39,636 nucleotides of DNA. It comes from Paraphysomonas bandaiensis (lineage: Eukaryota; Protista; Chrysophyceae). Position 1 is the stretch's first letter; every line of letters begins with the position of its first letter. The notes beneath the pieces were generated by a model. It worked only from the letters and a program-made list of their open reading frames with translations, did no database searches and was not told where the DNA came from. This document shows positions 24,301 through 36,146 of this stretch, one piece after another. The stretch is from the NCBI GenBank assembly GCA_965644295.1, contig CBFFRP010000063.1, forward strand, positions 1 to 39,636. The letters are read 5' to 3'. Made by a program: the position numbers and the translations under genes.

Positions 24301-27300
24301 TGGTGCAGAAGATGGACTTGTCCAAGTTTGGAAAGCAACGTATGATTTCGATGAACTTGAAGTGACGGAACCTGAAGAGAAAGGCGAAGAGGAAGAAGAA
24401 AATGAACCGGAGAAGAATACATATTATGACAGCGGTGATGATGAAGACTTAATGGAAGTTTCTGAAAGGCCTATGGGTTCTGATGCTGTGCTCTGTAGAA
24501 TTCGAAATAGTATGTTAACTGAAGAGAGAGCAGCGTCTGAGAAAGGTAGTGTCAAGGCTGAGAGTGTGAGCGGCAGGTCATCGAGTCAGAAATCAGTCAG
24601 TCAGAAAAGTGATGGTGGAGCTGATGAAAGCAAAGGCGGAGATGCTTCCGTGGACGAAGATGCGGGGCAAGAAGTTGTTGTTCCTAAAACACCACTTGAG
24701 CTCATCGAAGAGTTTGAGGCAGACCAATTTGTATACGACAAATCGAAATCTGTTGAAGCAAATTGGCTAGCTGCAAACCCATGGGCGAAGAAACTACAAG
24801 TGACCGAGGATAGCCTCAAAAGTACCCCCGCGGTCCCCCCTCCCCGAGCGGAAATTCAATTAGATTGGATATATGGTTTTTCTGGTCGAGGAACCCGCTC
24901 TTCTGTCCAATATTGCGCTGATGGAAATATTGCGTATCCTGTATCCACTGTTGCAGTGATTCTTAATAAAGTTAAAGGCGTTCAAACCCATTCAATGAAC
25001 CATTCTGATGAGATAACTTGTTTGGATGTGCATCAAGCCTCTGGTAAAGCTGCAACCGGCCAGCGGTCTACGGAATGCGTCTTTGTCTCCGTCTGGGCTA
25101 CAGATACAGGGAAATGTCTCAGACATTTAAATTGCGGAGCTGTAAATGCGGCTTCAGCTATTTGCTTTTCTCCCAGTGGTGAATATGTAGCGGTTGCCTG
25201 CCAAGATTTGACACATAGTATTATTATTTTTGATTGGACGAATAATGTACTGAAGTGTCGTGTACCTGGTGGTTCGACTAAGGTGTTGGGTCTCGTGTTC
25301 AGTGTTGCGACGTGCGATACGCATGGTACTCTGCGCCTAATGCAAGTTGGTCTCGGTCACTTTCATGTGCTCAAAATTAAGGGTAGGCAAATGTCGTCCA
25401 AGAGAGGGAAGTTCGGTGGTGCGAAACAAAACGTTCTTTGTGCTGCTGCCCTGCCACTTTCTACTAAAGAAGGGAATGAATTCGCTATAGGTTTGGAAGA
25501 TGGCTCCATTGGTGTCATTGCACGCGGCGAGAAAAACATCTCTAACTCAGTATCTATTCACTCTAAGTCTGTTACTGCTATGTGTGCTGTCAAGCTTACC
25601 GACGGAAATGAAGACGAGAATTGTACGTATAAGCTTGTCTCTGGTGGGGCAGACGGTATGATTAAGGTGTTGAATCAAGATTTGGAGCCACTTTCGGAGT
25701 ACAATGTGTACAAGGAAAGCTATGGTCTTTATATTATGGGCAAATGTAGAGGTATTAAGTCTCTTTGTGTGGACAAGTCATGTCGAAAGATTCTATATGG
25801 TACTGCAGGCGGTGAAGTTGCTGAGATTGATATAAATGACGGTAGCGATTTGAACGGTGCGCCCCTTGTAAGTAGCCACTGCCGTGATGAGCTACACGGT
25901 ATGGTTACTCATCCAATGAAGTTGGAAGCCGCCTCTGTCGGAGATGACAAGACTCTGCGTGTCTGGCATCTCGAGAAGAGAAAACTAATGGCAATGCTTG
26001 AGCTCCCAGATATAGCACGCACAGTGTGTTATTCTCCCACTGGTCAAATAATTGCAGTTGGACTTGGTGGACATGTTCACGGAGAAAACAGAGTGCCAAG
26101 GAAGTGCGATGGACACGTGGTGATTGTATCTTATATGCAAGGTTCGCTTCGTATCGTGCATGAAATATCTGACAGTCGAAAACCAATATCGTGTCTTGCA
26201 TTCAGTGCAGATGGGTCTGAATTATATGTCGGTTCTGAGGATGGCAAGGTGTATGTGTACAATATTCATGAGGATTTCAATAAAATTTTTGAATATGGCC
26301 AGCACACTGCTGGTATAACGGGGATTGATATATCTGAAGATGGAAAAATACTCTGTACATGTGATATGTTTAACAATGTGATATATTGGGACCAATCGGA
26401 TGAAGATAAAAGAGGTGAAATTCTAGATGAATCGAAGATTCGTAAGGTACTCCCTAAAACAAAATGGTTTGTAAGACAGAATGTTTTGGGTTTGGACTCC
26501 ATTGGAGTTCAAAAGGTTCCATTTGAAATGGGACACGCGCTATGCTTATCGGAATCTCGAGATCGCTCGTTGTTAGCAACTGGTGATTGCAACGGTGGAT
26601 TGTCATTGTTTCACAGCCCTTGCAAAAAGCCAAGTGCCCCTTTTACGGAAATGATTGGCCATTGTCCTGGAGGTATATCTCGTGTATCCTTTGCTACTAA
26701 AGACAAGTATATACTTACAGCTGGAAAGTATGATCGGTCTTTGTTTCAGTGGAGATTAGAGAAATCATCTGGTGATGAAGATGGAGAAGTACTGCCATCG
26801 AGACCCACAACTACCATGAAACTAATGGAAAAACTTGGAACGGACAAAGAACTGGATGCGATGACGGAAGTTACACCACTCAGTTTCAACAACGACTCGA
26901 TGTTAATTAATGGAGTTAATTTTGCGAAGGATAGTACTCCTGAGCTTCCGAAAGTCAAACCGCAAAGTTTGTCGGTGCTAGGTTTATCGTGTGCTTCATT
27001 TACGAAGCAGGTTACTGCGCTACCTGTAGGATACTACTGTGGGTCTGGCGATGTAATTACTTGTGCCGGATGTCTACCAGTAGCTATAAGCTCCAATCGA
27101 ACTATCCAAAGTCACTGGCAAGTTCCGAAGAACGAGTTTGGATATAATGAAGATATTGGTGTTATTGCAGTCAGCACTGATGGAAGGACAGTTGCTATGT
27201 GCGAGAAAGCTCCCGGACTGGTGAATCCGTTGAATTCTGCAGAAAATTTCCAAGGAAGACAATTTGTATTTAATGGATCGAATGGTATGCTACTGAGTGT

Positions 27301-29022
27301 TCTACCGGGTACGATTGGTGGAGGCGTTGTTTCCGCCACTTTTTCCCACGATTCCCATTCGTTAGCATGTGTAGGTTGTTGTGCTCATCATTCTTTTACA
27401 ATTTTTCATTCTGTGGAGGGTAACTGGAAAGACCCCGTTCGACTGTTTCATGGTCAAATTGACACAAACCCTGTAACAGTTGTGGTATCAATCATGCAGT
27501 CCCCAACAAACATGGAATTTCAGTACGCCACTGCTGGGCGAGGGCGATTGAGGCTTTGGAAAGTTCGCGGCCGTAACGCTGTGTCATCACCTTGTGATAT
27601 ATCTGGTCCTATGGAGGCGATAACGGCAATGGTGTCTGTTGGAGCTGGACAACTCATTACAGGTGATGCTTCTGGAACGGTCTCTTTGTGGGATGGAAAG
27701 TCTTGTCTAGAGACGATTTCGAAAGCTCATTCCCGTCGTGTTTCAGCTGTATGTTACTTCGAGTCTTCTCAAAGCAGAGGTGGTATTGTTGGGTTCATGA
27801 CAGCCTCTAACGACACAATAAAAATTTGGAATTTAAATATGGAAGTCTTGCAAGAATTTGCAGTGGTTGATGTTCTATTTCGTGTCAATAGAGTTGTAGA
27901 AAATACGTATGTTACTTCGATGTGCACTGACAGTGTATTTAAACGTCTTTTGATTACACTTTCGAATTCTCTTATCGCGGAAATATCTATTGATTCTGGT
28001 GCTGTAATGCTACTCACGGAGGGGCACACCAGTGGGAGTTTTGTTGCGATTGCTGCTCACCCGAAAGAACCTCGTATTCTTGTAACAGGAGGTTACGATG
28101 GTTGGTTGAAGTGCTGGGATATACGTAGTCAAGCAGCGTTAGAAGTTTTGAACGTGGGGGAGCCCATAAGTTCTATTGTATTTCGTGATGATGGGCAATC
28201 CTTTGCAATATCTCTCAATGACACTGTGACTATAATGGAATTTGATGTGTTTGCTGCTAGTAAGTTTAAGGTTATGCATAAAATATCTAAAGTTGGAAAA
28301 GGGAAAATTCCACTTCTGAGATATTCACCGGATGAATCTGTCCTTGCAGCTGGTAGTGCCGATGGTCATATTTATATTCTGGATGTGGATAATAAATACT
28401 CGAAGACAGGCAATTTGAAAGGGCATACTCGTGCTATTGAAGGATTCGACTTTTCTAAGTCTGGAAAGTACCTACGTTCATTTTCTCGTGATCCTGAGAA
28501 TGAAGCTGCAATTCGCACGCTTTTCCATGTTGTTGAAAAGGGTTCCACATCAACTTACGAATTGATTGAGCAACCGGATGACCTAGTCCCACTTACACGA
28601 GCTTCATGGAAAACCGTTTCATCTCCTGCTGCCCCCGAGGGCAGAGGTATGCGGGTATCGGAGAATCAGATTGCAGCTACCTCAATTCCGGTCATTGTTA
28701 CGAGCACGGCAGTTAGTGTGGATGGAGAGCTACTTGCAGTTGGGTACTCTGACGGAAATGTTAAATTATTTAGGTATGTGCACTATTGAATAGTAACAAC
28801 AATGTATTGATTTTGATGTACAGAAACCCTGCTTGTTCTGTGGATGCCCAGTCAGTTGATTTGATCGGACATGCTAAAGGAGGCGTTGCATGCAGTTTCA
28901 GTGCAGACGGAAAGTATTTGTACACTGCAGGCTCTATGGATGGGTCTGTTATTGTTTGGGACATGTATGGAGGAACAAAGAAAAAAGTAGTTATAGGTCG
29001 CTTGAGCTCATTCGACTTCTAA
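21393..29022 (+). CDS. EF-hand plus EML5/6-like (three HELP/WD40 modules) microtubule-associated protein, ~2,500 aa, about 5 exons
   Basis: Exon 1 reads MGQVFGVP. EF-hands DTDENNLIDALE, DFDQSGELSKDE and DRSNDHKLSIYE. HELP-like motifs WLHGQRCFDARG and LDWIYGFSGRG. Many WD40 repeats. One ~6.9-kb exon; last intron about 28774-28823. Confidence 0.88.
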
Positions 29023-29271
29023 GTTCAGTGAATTACCAGTAAAATATATTATTACTCTGCTGTGTATGCTATGTTGATTCAATAATAATGCTTTGTGAGG
29101 TGAAATAGTTTGTGTGTTGCAGTGCTAGGATTGGAATGCACTAGACGGGTATATAATGAAACGTGACATTTTATCCGAAACAACTGAACTTTAAACTTCC
29201 TCAATAATCTATTGTTTAAAATATGATAATCATTCACGGTCACTCACTAAATTTACATCGTCAGTACTACC

Positions 29272-29320
29272 CAGGGCTGGGGAACAATATAATGAATTGC
29301 AATATATTGTAAATATTGGA
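29272..29320 (+). mobile_element. TIR fragment related to the hAT-type MITE
   Basis: cagggctggggaacaatat...ttgcaatatattg resembles the MITE left end. Confidence 0.5.
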
Positions 29321-29847
29321 TATATGGTGAACCGATCAAATATTCTATACTGTTTCTGTTCAAGTAGCTCACAACTCACAATATATTTTGCAGCCAATAT
29401 ATGGATAGTCACATACGAAATGATTCTTAACTTCTTAACTGTAGGGTGCAAAAAATAAATATCCGGAAAAAGAAGAAAAAGCCTATTTTTAATGATAATA
29501 TCTGGTTTTAACATACCTATATCGCTCGCTCTGCAGAACTCCATACATGAACAGTACTTCTCTTAATATTATATACAATCTTGATGTCAATGAACTCATC
29601 GGTAACAAAGGGAAGAGAAAAAAGCAAAGAGATGTGACAAAACCTGACAAAGGCATTAGAACTGATAGTCGGGAAGTTAAAGCAGATTAAGAATGCTTCC
29701 TTGCTACTTCCCTCAACAAAGACGGACTCTTATCGGTCTTCTCGGGAAACTAAGATGACGCATATATAGTCAGCAGTCAGCAGATATTATTAGTGTCACT
29801 TGTGTAGACGTCTTTGAGCCTTGATGAATAAATTGGCATTCGGGAAT

Positions 29848-30040
29848 GGGCCCACCTCAAGGGCATCCGGGGTCCGGGGTATTGGGCTGCCTACTGAAGT
29901 CCAGCATCCGGACTGTTCACCTTAAGGGAAAAAAGCGAAAGTGGTTGCACCAAAAGCAGCTCACGTAGCGCGAAATAGTAGGATATCATAGTTGAGCACT
30001 AGTTATATAAATTGTTTTGCTACATTAGTTCTGACTCTTG
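29848..30040 (-). repeat. Dispersed repeat family A, copy 3 (inverted)
   Basis: Reverse complement aligns with 345-506 and 6447-6716. Confidence 0.75.
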
Positions 30041-30546
30041 CATGCCAATGCCAAATGCTAAAAATCAGTCATTCCCTACTACCTACTACTAGTTAGTTAA
30101 ATTGTTTTGCAGATCTTAGATAGTCATGATTTTATACGCAACAAATATTTTTCAGTTCAGTAACATGATTTATGTCGTTTCGTTAGGTCTTATAATGCTG
30201 TTTAGTAACGGACATAATTCAATTCTTACAAATTGTCGAAACTCAACAACATTCAATTTAGTTATCAAAGTAAATAAGAAAAAAATGAGTTAGCAATAGA
30301 TAGATTATTATTACGTACGCATAATCTAAGTACTTGATTTCAAAGATACCTCGTCTAAAATATTTTGCCAATTTTTCTAATAATCATTGTACCTTCAGTG
30401 AAATATCAGTATTCCTATGATATGACATCGGTTACGTTATACGAACAACACATGACATGCAGCTGCATAAGCTCTAGTTAGTATGACGTCCATAGCTGGC
30501 AGGTGTAATCTTTCGTATGTCATGCCTACATTACTTTGTACAATAA

Positions 30547-31740
30547 TCAGTTTACAATGACTTGAGTTGGTGATGGTGATATGGTCATCTTGGATATATC
30601 ACCGCTTGGAGAAAGAATACCAGTTTCATCATTCACTTCAAATGGTACGATGTTATTCGTCTGCAAATTTGCAACTAGTAGAATCGCGCCACTTTTAAAC
30701 AAATTGAAGTGTCTAGGTTGGTCTCCATAGGTACTGATGTGCTGTCGAAGAAGTAACTGACGGTTGTCACTGATTTCGAACACAGCAATACTACTCAAAT
30801 TCAGTGACGGAGATGAAATATCTCGATTGCTGACATAGACCACATCGCCGCAAGAGGAAATTTGAATTTCCGCCGCAGCCATGTAAGTGGGATCTTCTCC
30901 CTCTCGCAGTGTAGATATCGTGTTCAGGTACCCCTCTAAACTTCCATCGGCACGATTATATGAGTAACTCGATAAGGTACTCTCGAGTTCATTTACAACA
31001 AAAACAATATCAATAAAAGGGTGAACATATAAATGCCGTGGGCCAGGATTTGAACCTGGCACTTCAACAATGCGTCGAGTTTCAGGAATAAGCAACCCAC
31101 GGCTCAGATCGTACTGATATACCCTATTCAGGCCCAAGTCATTCACCAGAATTCTGCTAGGGGTCGTAAAAGTGACTTCATGAACATGTGATGCGTTGAT
31201 AACGTCACAAGATGATACAGGGAATGTATTATGATCTATGATCTGCGTCGGCTCCATCAATACTCCATCTATCACTTGAATTACACCAATCGTCCCAGAG
31301 CAGTAATTAGAGATGTAAAGATAACCATCACTTGAATCAATGGCAATATGAGCCGGACTGGCCCCTCCAGATGATACCCTGCAATATATTGACATTCAGC
31401 TTCATATCAAAATGTTTTCATAATTGAACCTGTTGATAAGCTTCAAATTGCCGTTCCATTGAACGCGAAAGGATGCAACTGCCCCTGAATACTGACCGTT
31501 AAAGTGCTCCACTTCATTCACTGCATAAGCAAAACGACCACATGAACTAAATACAATCCATGAAGGATTGTTTCCAGATTCACTAGAGCCTATGAATTGA
31601 AGGGAGAGATCGTCGCTGAGTCGATACCTCTCAATACGATCTGTGTACGAGCCCACATACAGATACTTGTCTGAACCGTTACTTTCATGTATACTGGAGA
31701 CTACCTGTGCTGAGATTAAGAGTAAAAAGAAATGCATCAT
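30547..31740 (-). CDS. Secreted lactonase, 7-bladed beta-propeller (6-phosphogluconolactonase/Pgl-like), 2 exons (intron 31379-31429)
   Basis: Signal peptide; LYVGSYT, NPSW, YAVNE, SNYCSG, SHVHEV, DLGL, PGPRH, VVNEL, YVSNR, PRHF. Confidence 0.9.
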
Positions 31741-31830
31741 GGATTGTGTCCTAGATAATCTACCTCACAAGACTCATCGATACACATCTATAAGCTCTAT
31801 AAGCTACACAATATACTGCAGCTGTATAGG

Positions 31831-32098
31831 CATGTATGCATGCATGTATGTATGTATGTATGTATGTATGTATGTATGTATGTATGCATGCATGTATGTA
31901 TGTATGTATGTATGTATGTATGTATGTATGTATGTATGTATGTATGTATGTATGTATGTATGTATGCATGCATGTATGTATGTATGTATGTATGTATGTA
32001 TGCCTGTATGTATGTATGTATGTATGTATGTATGTATGTATGTATGTATGTATGTATGTATGTATGTATGTATGTATGCATGCATGTATGTATGTATG
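31831..32098. repeat. (ATGT)n microsatellite with ATGC variants
   Basis: About 65 tetranucleotide units. Confidence 0.97.
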
Positions 32099-32148
32099 GA
32101 CTGCATATGTGAAACTCTGTGGGTTTTTTCCTCATCTAGAAACCCCAC

Positions 32149-32243
32149 CTGTGAAAGGAAATGTTTCACATATGCCTCGAATACGGACAAAAATATAGTA
32201 GATAATCATATTCGATGCATATGTGAAATATTTCCTTTCACAG
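32149..32243. repeat. 35-bp inverted repeat (2 mismatches, 25-nt spacer) upstream of the Crypton relic
   Basis: ctgtgaaaggaaatgtttcacatatgcctcgaata pairs with tattcgatgcatatgtgaaatatttcctttcacag. Confidence 0.85.
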
Positions 32244-32396
32244 AAAAACCGGCACTTTTATATGAGGAAACTACAACTTTATAGGGAAATAGCCACTTTA
32301 TTAGTTGTAAAACACTGTTAAAATACTCTACTATTCTCCTTGAACGTCATATCCGTTAGTGGCATATATCAATATTCGACCATACTTACTGCAAAC

Positions 32397-33168
32397 ATGA
32401 GTGAGACAGATTCAGACAGGGAGGAAGCATTGCTTCAATAGTGAAGAGGAAGTGGCCGTATACGCCGACAGCCGGTTGTGTCTGTTAACTCCAATGCTGA
32501 TAATGTATCTGACTATAAGATGAAACGAACAAAAGCAGGAATGAAAGCAGCATACTAGAAAAAGGTTGGCCATATTGTAGCGTGGTGTATAACAGCGTAC
32601 CCTGAAGCTCTGATGATGATGAAAATTTGAAGATTCCATTCCCGAAAGACATCTCTCTTGAGTACTTCGGCCATCTGTTCACACCGGCTCACGAAGGAGC
32701 GAAAGAGGGAAGCTAAGGGCCCCAGATGACATTCCAGAAAGTGAACCTGACCCCTCTAGTAGATCCCACATTAAGGGATATAGAAGCCCTATTGTCTACT
32801 TATATACCTTAAGAAATATGAAGCTAGTCGTGGATGTAGTCTTAGACTTAGAACTAAGCCAGGCGATAGATGGCTATGAGAAAGACATCAATGAACTGAA
32901 GAAGGAAGGACTCATGAAACCAGAAGAGGGTAAAAGTCCGTTAAAAATGAATGGCTATAAAATTTTAGCGACGAATATGATGTTGATGGTTCCCTGTGCT
33001 ATTGCAGGCAGTTAGTCCTATATCTTGTTCATGTAGGCATATTTTGTACTGATGTGGAATATAATGAGTAGATCTGATTCAGTAGCTTGATTGATGTTTG
33101 AATATTTTGACTGGAGAGGTGATGCAACGCTTGTTCAAGAGCAAGGAGACACAAACTGGACAAAATAG
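32397..33168 (+). pseudogene. Decayed, 3'-truncated Crypton (CryptonS-like) tyrosine recombinase
   Basis: Reading through stops and frameshifts gives IKGYRSPIVYLY, EGKSPLKMNGYKILA, FVLMWNIMSRSDSV (first catalytic Arg) and FDWRGDATLV. The HxxR and catalytic Tyr region is absent. Confidence 0.75.
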
Positions 33169-33912
33169 ACTAGTAATGAAACATTCTCTAGTGCGCTGAA
33201 TATAATTGTGAATCATATCGTAAGTGTTCATAAGTTAAAGCATATGGATACAGTTTCGTACGGTAGCTTGTACAATGCAATCTGCAAGTTGAAATGTGTA
33301 TGGAATTGATAAATGTCACTTCTTTAAATTTAAGCAGTAGAAATCAAACTCTTGACAAACAGCTCTATAAGGCTGAAAAAAAACGGGGAGAGAGAGGAAA
33401 GGACAAGCCTTTTTCTACCCCATATGCCCCTCAAGGGGCCTCTTCTCTTCGAGTGTTTCCAATTACAACCTTCGGTTGTAATTCCTTCTCTTTGCTAATT
33501 TAACTTTATATATTATTAATAACTTTTAATTACTTTATATATTATTTATATTCTTAAATAAAATTAATTACTTTATATATTATTTATATTGTTATAATAA
33601 AAAGTAATATAGATAGTAAAGTAGATTTAATAAGTAGATTTAATAGTAGATATAGGGGGAGGGAAAAATTAAAATGAAAAATAATTTAAATTTGTAAAGG
33701 TTGTAAAACCCCGGGATTCTACCATAAAAACTACTTATTAAATCTACTTTGTTATCTATATGACTTTTTTATAATAATGTATAATGGCAATGCTTAAAGC
33801 TCTGGAATGTAGTTGTAGTGATATAATGGCGAAGCTTTAAGCAAAAACTCATAAAACCTTGAATTCTAATTTAAATATAGAATATAATAATGTAATGCTA
33901 TATTATATATAG

Positions 33913-35508
33913 ATGTCAATTTATACAAAGCCCAAAACAAGCAATAATGCCATTTTCAATGCAGAAAATCATAAACAGATTGAAACAGCAAGAGTAATAT
34001 TAAATATGGCGGAATATGCAAGATTAGACAATGCTAAATTTACAGCGAACGTTGAAATCTTGAATGGTAATAACTTAACCATAAACAATGAACCCCAAAC
34101 AGTTGCTTTCACAGATTCAAAAAATAATATGTTGTCAGATATGAATACAAGATTATTAAACCTCACTGGAAATGAAATACAAACATTAGACGGTATAAAT
34201 ACCAATGAAACTATACAATCACAATTGAACACATTGACAGAAAGTTTTAACGGTCTTGATGCTCTCCAAGATTTAGACTTAATTAATATACCGAATTTGC
34301 AGATGGATGTAGCAAACTTACAAGCCCAAGATATAACATTACAGAACAATATTGACACTAAACATGATATAATAGATGTAAATAATAAGTTGGATTCTTC
34401 ATTAGTGTATGATTCAACAGAATTAAACACAATGGATAATATAATAGTAAGTTTACAAGATCAAATAACTAATAATGACACTGATATAACAAACTTACAA
34501 AGTGACAAACACGATTTAATAGATGTAAATAATAAGTTGGATTCTTCATTAGTGTATGATTCAACAGAATTAAACACAATGGATAATATAATAGTAAGTT
34601 TACAAGATCAAATAACTAATAATGACACTGATATAACAAACTTACAAAGTGACAAACACGATTTAATAGATGTAAATAATAAGTTGGATTCTTCATTAGT
34701 GTATGATTCAACAGAATTAAACACAATGGATAATATTATTTCTAGTTTGAAGACTCAAATAATAAGCAATGACACAGACATAACAAACTTACAAAGTGAC
34801 AAACACGATTTAATAGATGTAAATAACAAGTTGGATTCTGGATTAGTTTATGACTCGACAGAATTAAACACAATGGATAATATTATTTCTAGTTTGAAGA
34901 CTCAAATAATAAGCAATGACACAGATATAACAAACTTACAAAGTGATAAACATGATATAATCGATGTAAACAATAAATTGGATTCTTCTTTAGTTTATGA
35001 CTCTACATTTACTGACACAATTGATAACTTGCTAAGTACAATAGACGGCAATATTACAACACTTGAAAATACAAAATTGAATTTAACAGGCGGAACAATT
35101 ACAGGAAATATAACAACTAAACAAATAAGCGAATCCATCAGCACAACATATACGTTTTCTTCAAATGTGTTGACATATAATTATAGCAATGGTTCAATCA
35201 TATATTTCAATGGTTTAACAAGTGATACAAATTTTGAACTTGATATAACGAATATTAATTCAAGTAACTTAACAAATACTTCTTTCACAGTGTCAGTTAT
35301 AATAGATACATCAAGTTATAAAGCACATATAAACACTTTAAAAGTTAATACAGTTTCAGAAACGTTGAATGTGTCAGGAGGACTCGCAAATGTTAATGTA
35401 GACGACGTGACAACATCAGGAGCAATATTACAAACAATAACAATAATATATACTAACTTAGGAACATCACCAACGAAAGTAATATCAAATATAGGATCAT
35501 ATTATTAA
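33913..35508 (+). CDS. Fibre-like viral structural protein with ~4.5 tandem 49-aa repeats
   Basis: N/D/T-rich 531-aa ORF. Repeat unit KHDLIDVNNKLDSSLVYDSTELNTMDNII..DTDITNLQSD. Tail-fibre-like KLNLTGGTITG followed by a beta-rich C-terminal domain. Confidence 0.75.
   Translation: MSIYTKPKTSNNAIFNAENHKQIETARVILNMAEYARLDNAKFTANVEILNGNNLTINNEPQTVAFTDSKNNMLSDMNTRLLNLTGNEIQTLDGINTNETIQSQLNTLTESFNGLDALQDLDLINIPNLQMDVANLQAQDITLQNNIDTKHDIIDVNNKLDSSLVYDSTELNTMDNIIVSLQDQITNNDTDITNLQSDKHDLIDVNNKLDSSLVYDSTELNTMDNIIVSLQDQITNNDTDITNLQSDKHDLIDVNNKLDSSLVYDSTELNTMDNIISSLKTQIISNDTDITNLQSDKHDLIDVNNKLDSGLVYDSTELNTMDNIISSLKTQIISNDTDITNLQSDKHDIIDVNNKLDSSLVYDSTFTDTIDNLLSTIDGNITTLENTKLNLTGGTITGNITTKQISESISTTYTFSSNVLTYNYSNGSIIYFNGLTSDTNFELDITNINSSNLTNTSFTVSVIIDTSSYKAHINTLKVNTVSETLNVSGGLANVNVDDVTTSGAILQTITIIYTNLGTSPTKVISNIGSYY
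34359..35030 (+). repeat. 147-bp coding tandem repeat, ~4.5 copies
   Basis: Period of 147 nt measured between successive gatgtaaataataag copies. Confidence 0.92.
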
Positions 35509-35556
35509 AAATATATAAAACAATTTAAAAAATATTATATATATATATTATATATC

Positions 35557-35724
35557 ATGCCTAGAGAAATTAAAAGAAAGTGCAAACATTGTGATAAAAC
35601 TATAAGAAGAATAAACAAAGATTGGGAGTCAAGAGAATATCATAAGAAATGTTATAAAGAGATTGAAGAGATGAAGTCAATGATTATGAATATGGAGAAA
35701 TATAAGAAAGTGTATAATTTATAA
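35557..35724 (+). CDS. Small CxxC...HxxC zinc-finger protein (55 aa), absent from the ORF track
   Basis: MPREIKRKCKHCDKTIRRINKDWESREYHKKCYKEIEE...; preceded by tattatatatc-ATG. Confidence 0.7.
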   Translation: MPREIKRKCKHCDKTIRRINKDWESREYHKKCYKEIEEMKSMIMNMEKYKKVYNL

Positions 35725-35787
35725 ATTTTGTTGTCATTATAGTTAGTTAGTATTATATATACATATGTATATGTAACGTTTCAAAAA

Positions 35788-36111
35788 TTAATAGCCTTGT
35801 TCAGGTTTAATATAAGTGCCGTGTTGGTCATCATATTCTTTTAATAGTTTTTTTCGTTTTTCATAAGCTTTAGTTTTTTCAAGTTGTTCACTTGGTAAGT
35901 TTCTATTAATAGGATTCTTATAATATATTTTTTGTCTTTCATCTAATAATTCAATACTTTTCAATTTCTTTTGTATATCCAAGTCTTTAATCAATGCTTT
36001 ATATTCATCTATTTTTTGATTCAGTTCATTAATTTCTCTTTGAACTTGTGGTTTTCTAGATTTAGAAATACTGTATAATTCATTTTTTAAACAAATAACA
36101 AAATCGCTCAT
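35788..36111 (-). CDS. Hypothetical viral coiled-coil protein (107 aa)
   Basis: K/E-rich ORF with AT-rich codons, preceded by tctattatatacag-ATG. Confidence 0.65.
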   Translation of the reverse strand: MSDFVICLKNELYSISKSRKPQVQREINELNQKIDEYKALIKDLDIQKKLKSIELLDERQKIYYKNPINRNLPSEQLEKTKAYEKRKKLLKEYDDQHGTYIKPEQGY

Positions 36112-36146
36112 CTGTATATAATAGATTTAGAAATTGTTTTATATAT

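Noticed and set aside
29890-29920. Hammerhead-like ctgaagtcc...ggac in repeat A
   Set aside because: Lacks the CUGANGA and GAAA core, and the motif is not conserved in copy 1.
4642-31740. Carbohydrate-related genes (two GTs, oxidoreductase, lactonase) as a biosynthetic cluster
   Set aside because: They are interspersed with unrelated HDAC and EML genes and repeats, and there is no evidence of co-regulation.
34359-35030. Tandem array as a possible CRISPR
   Set aside because: Units are 147-bp, in-frame coding repeats with no unique spacers, and there are no cas genes.
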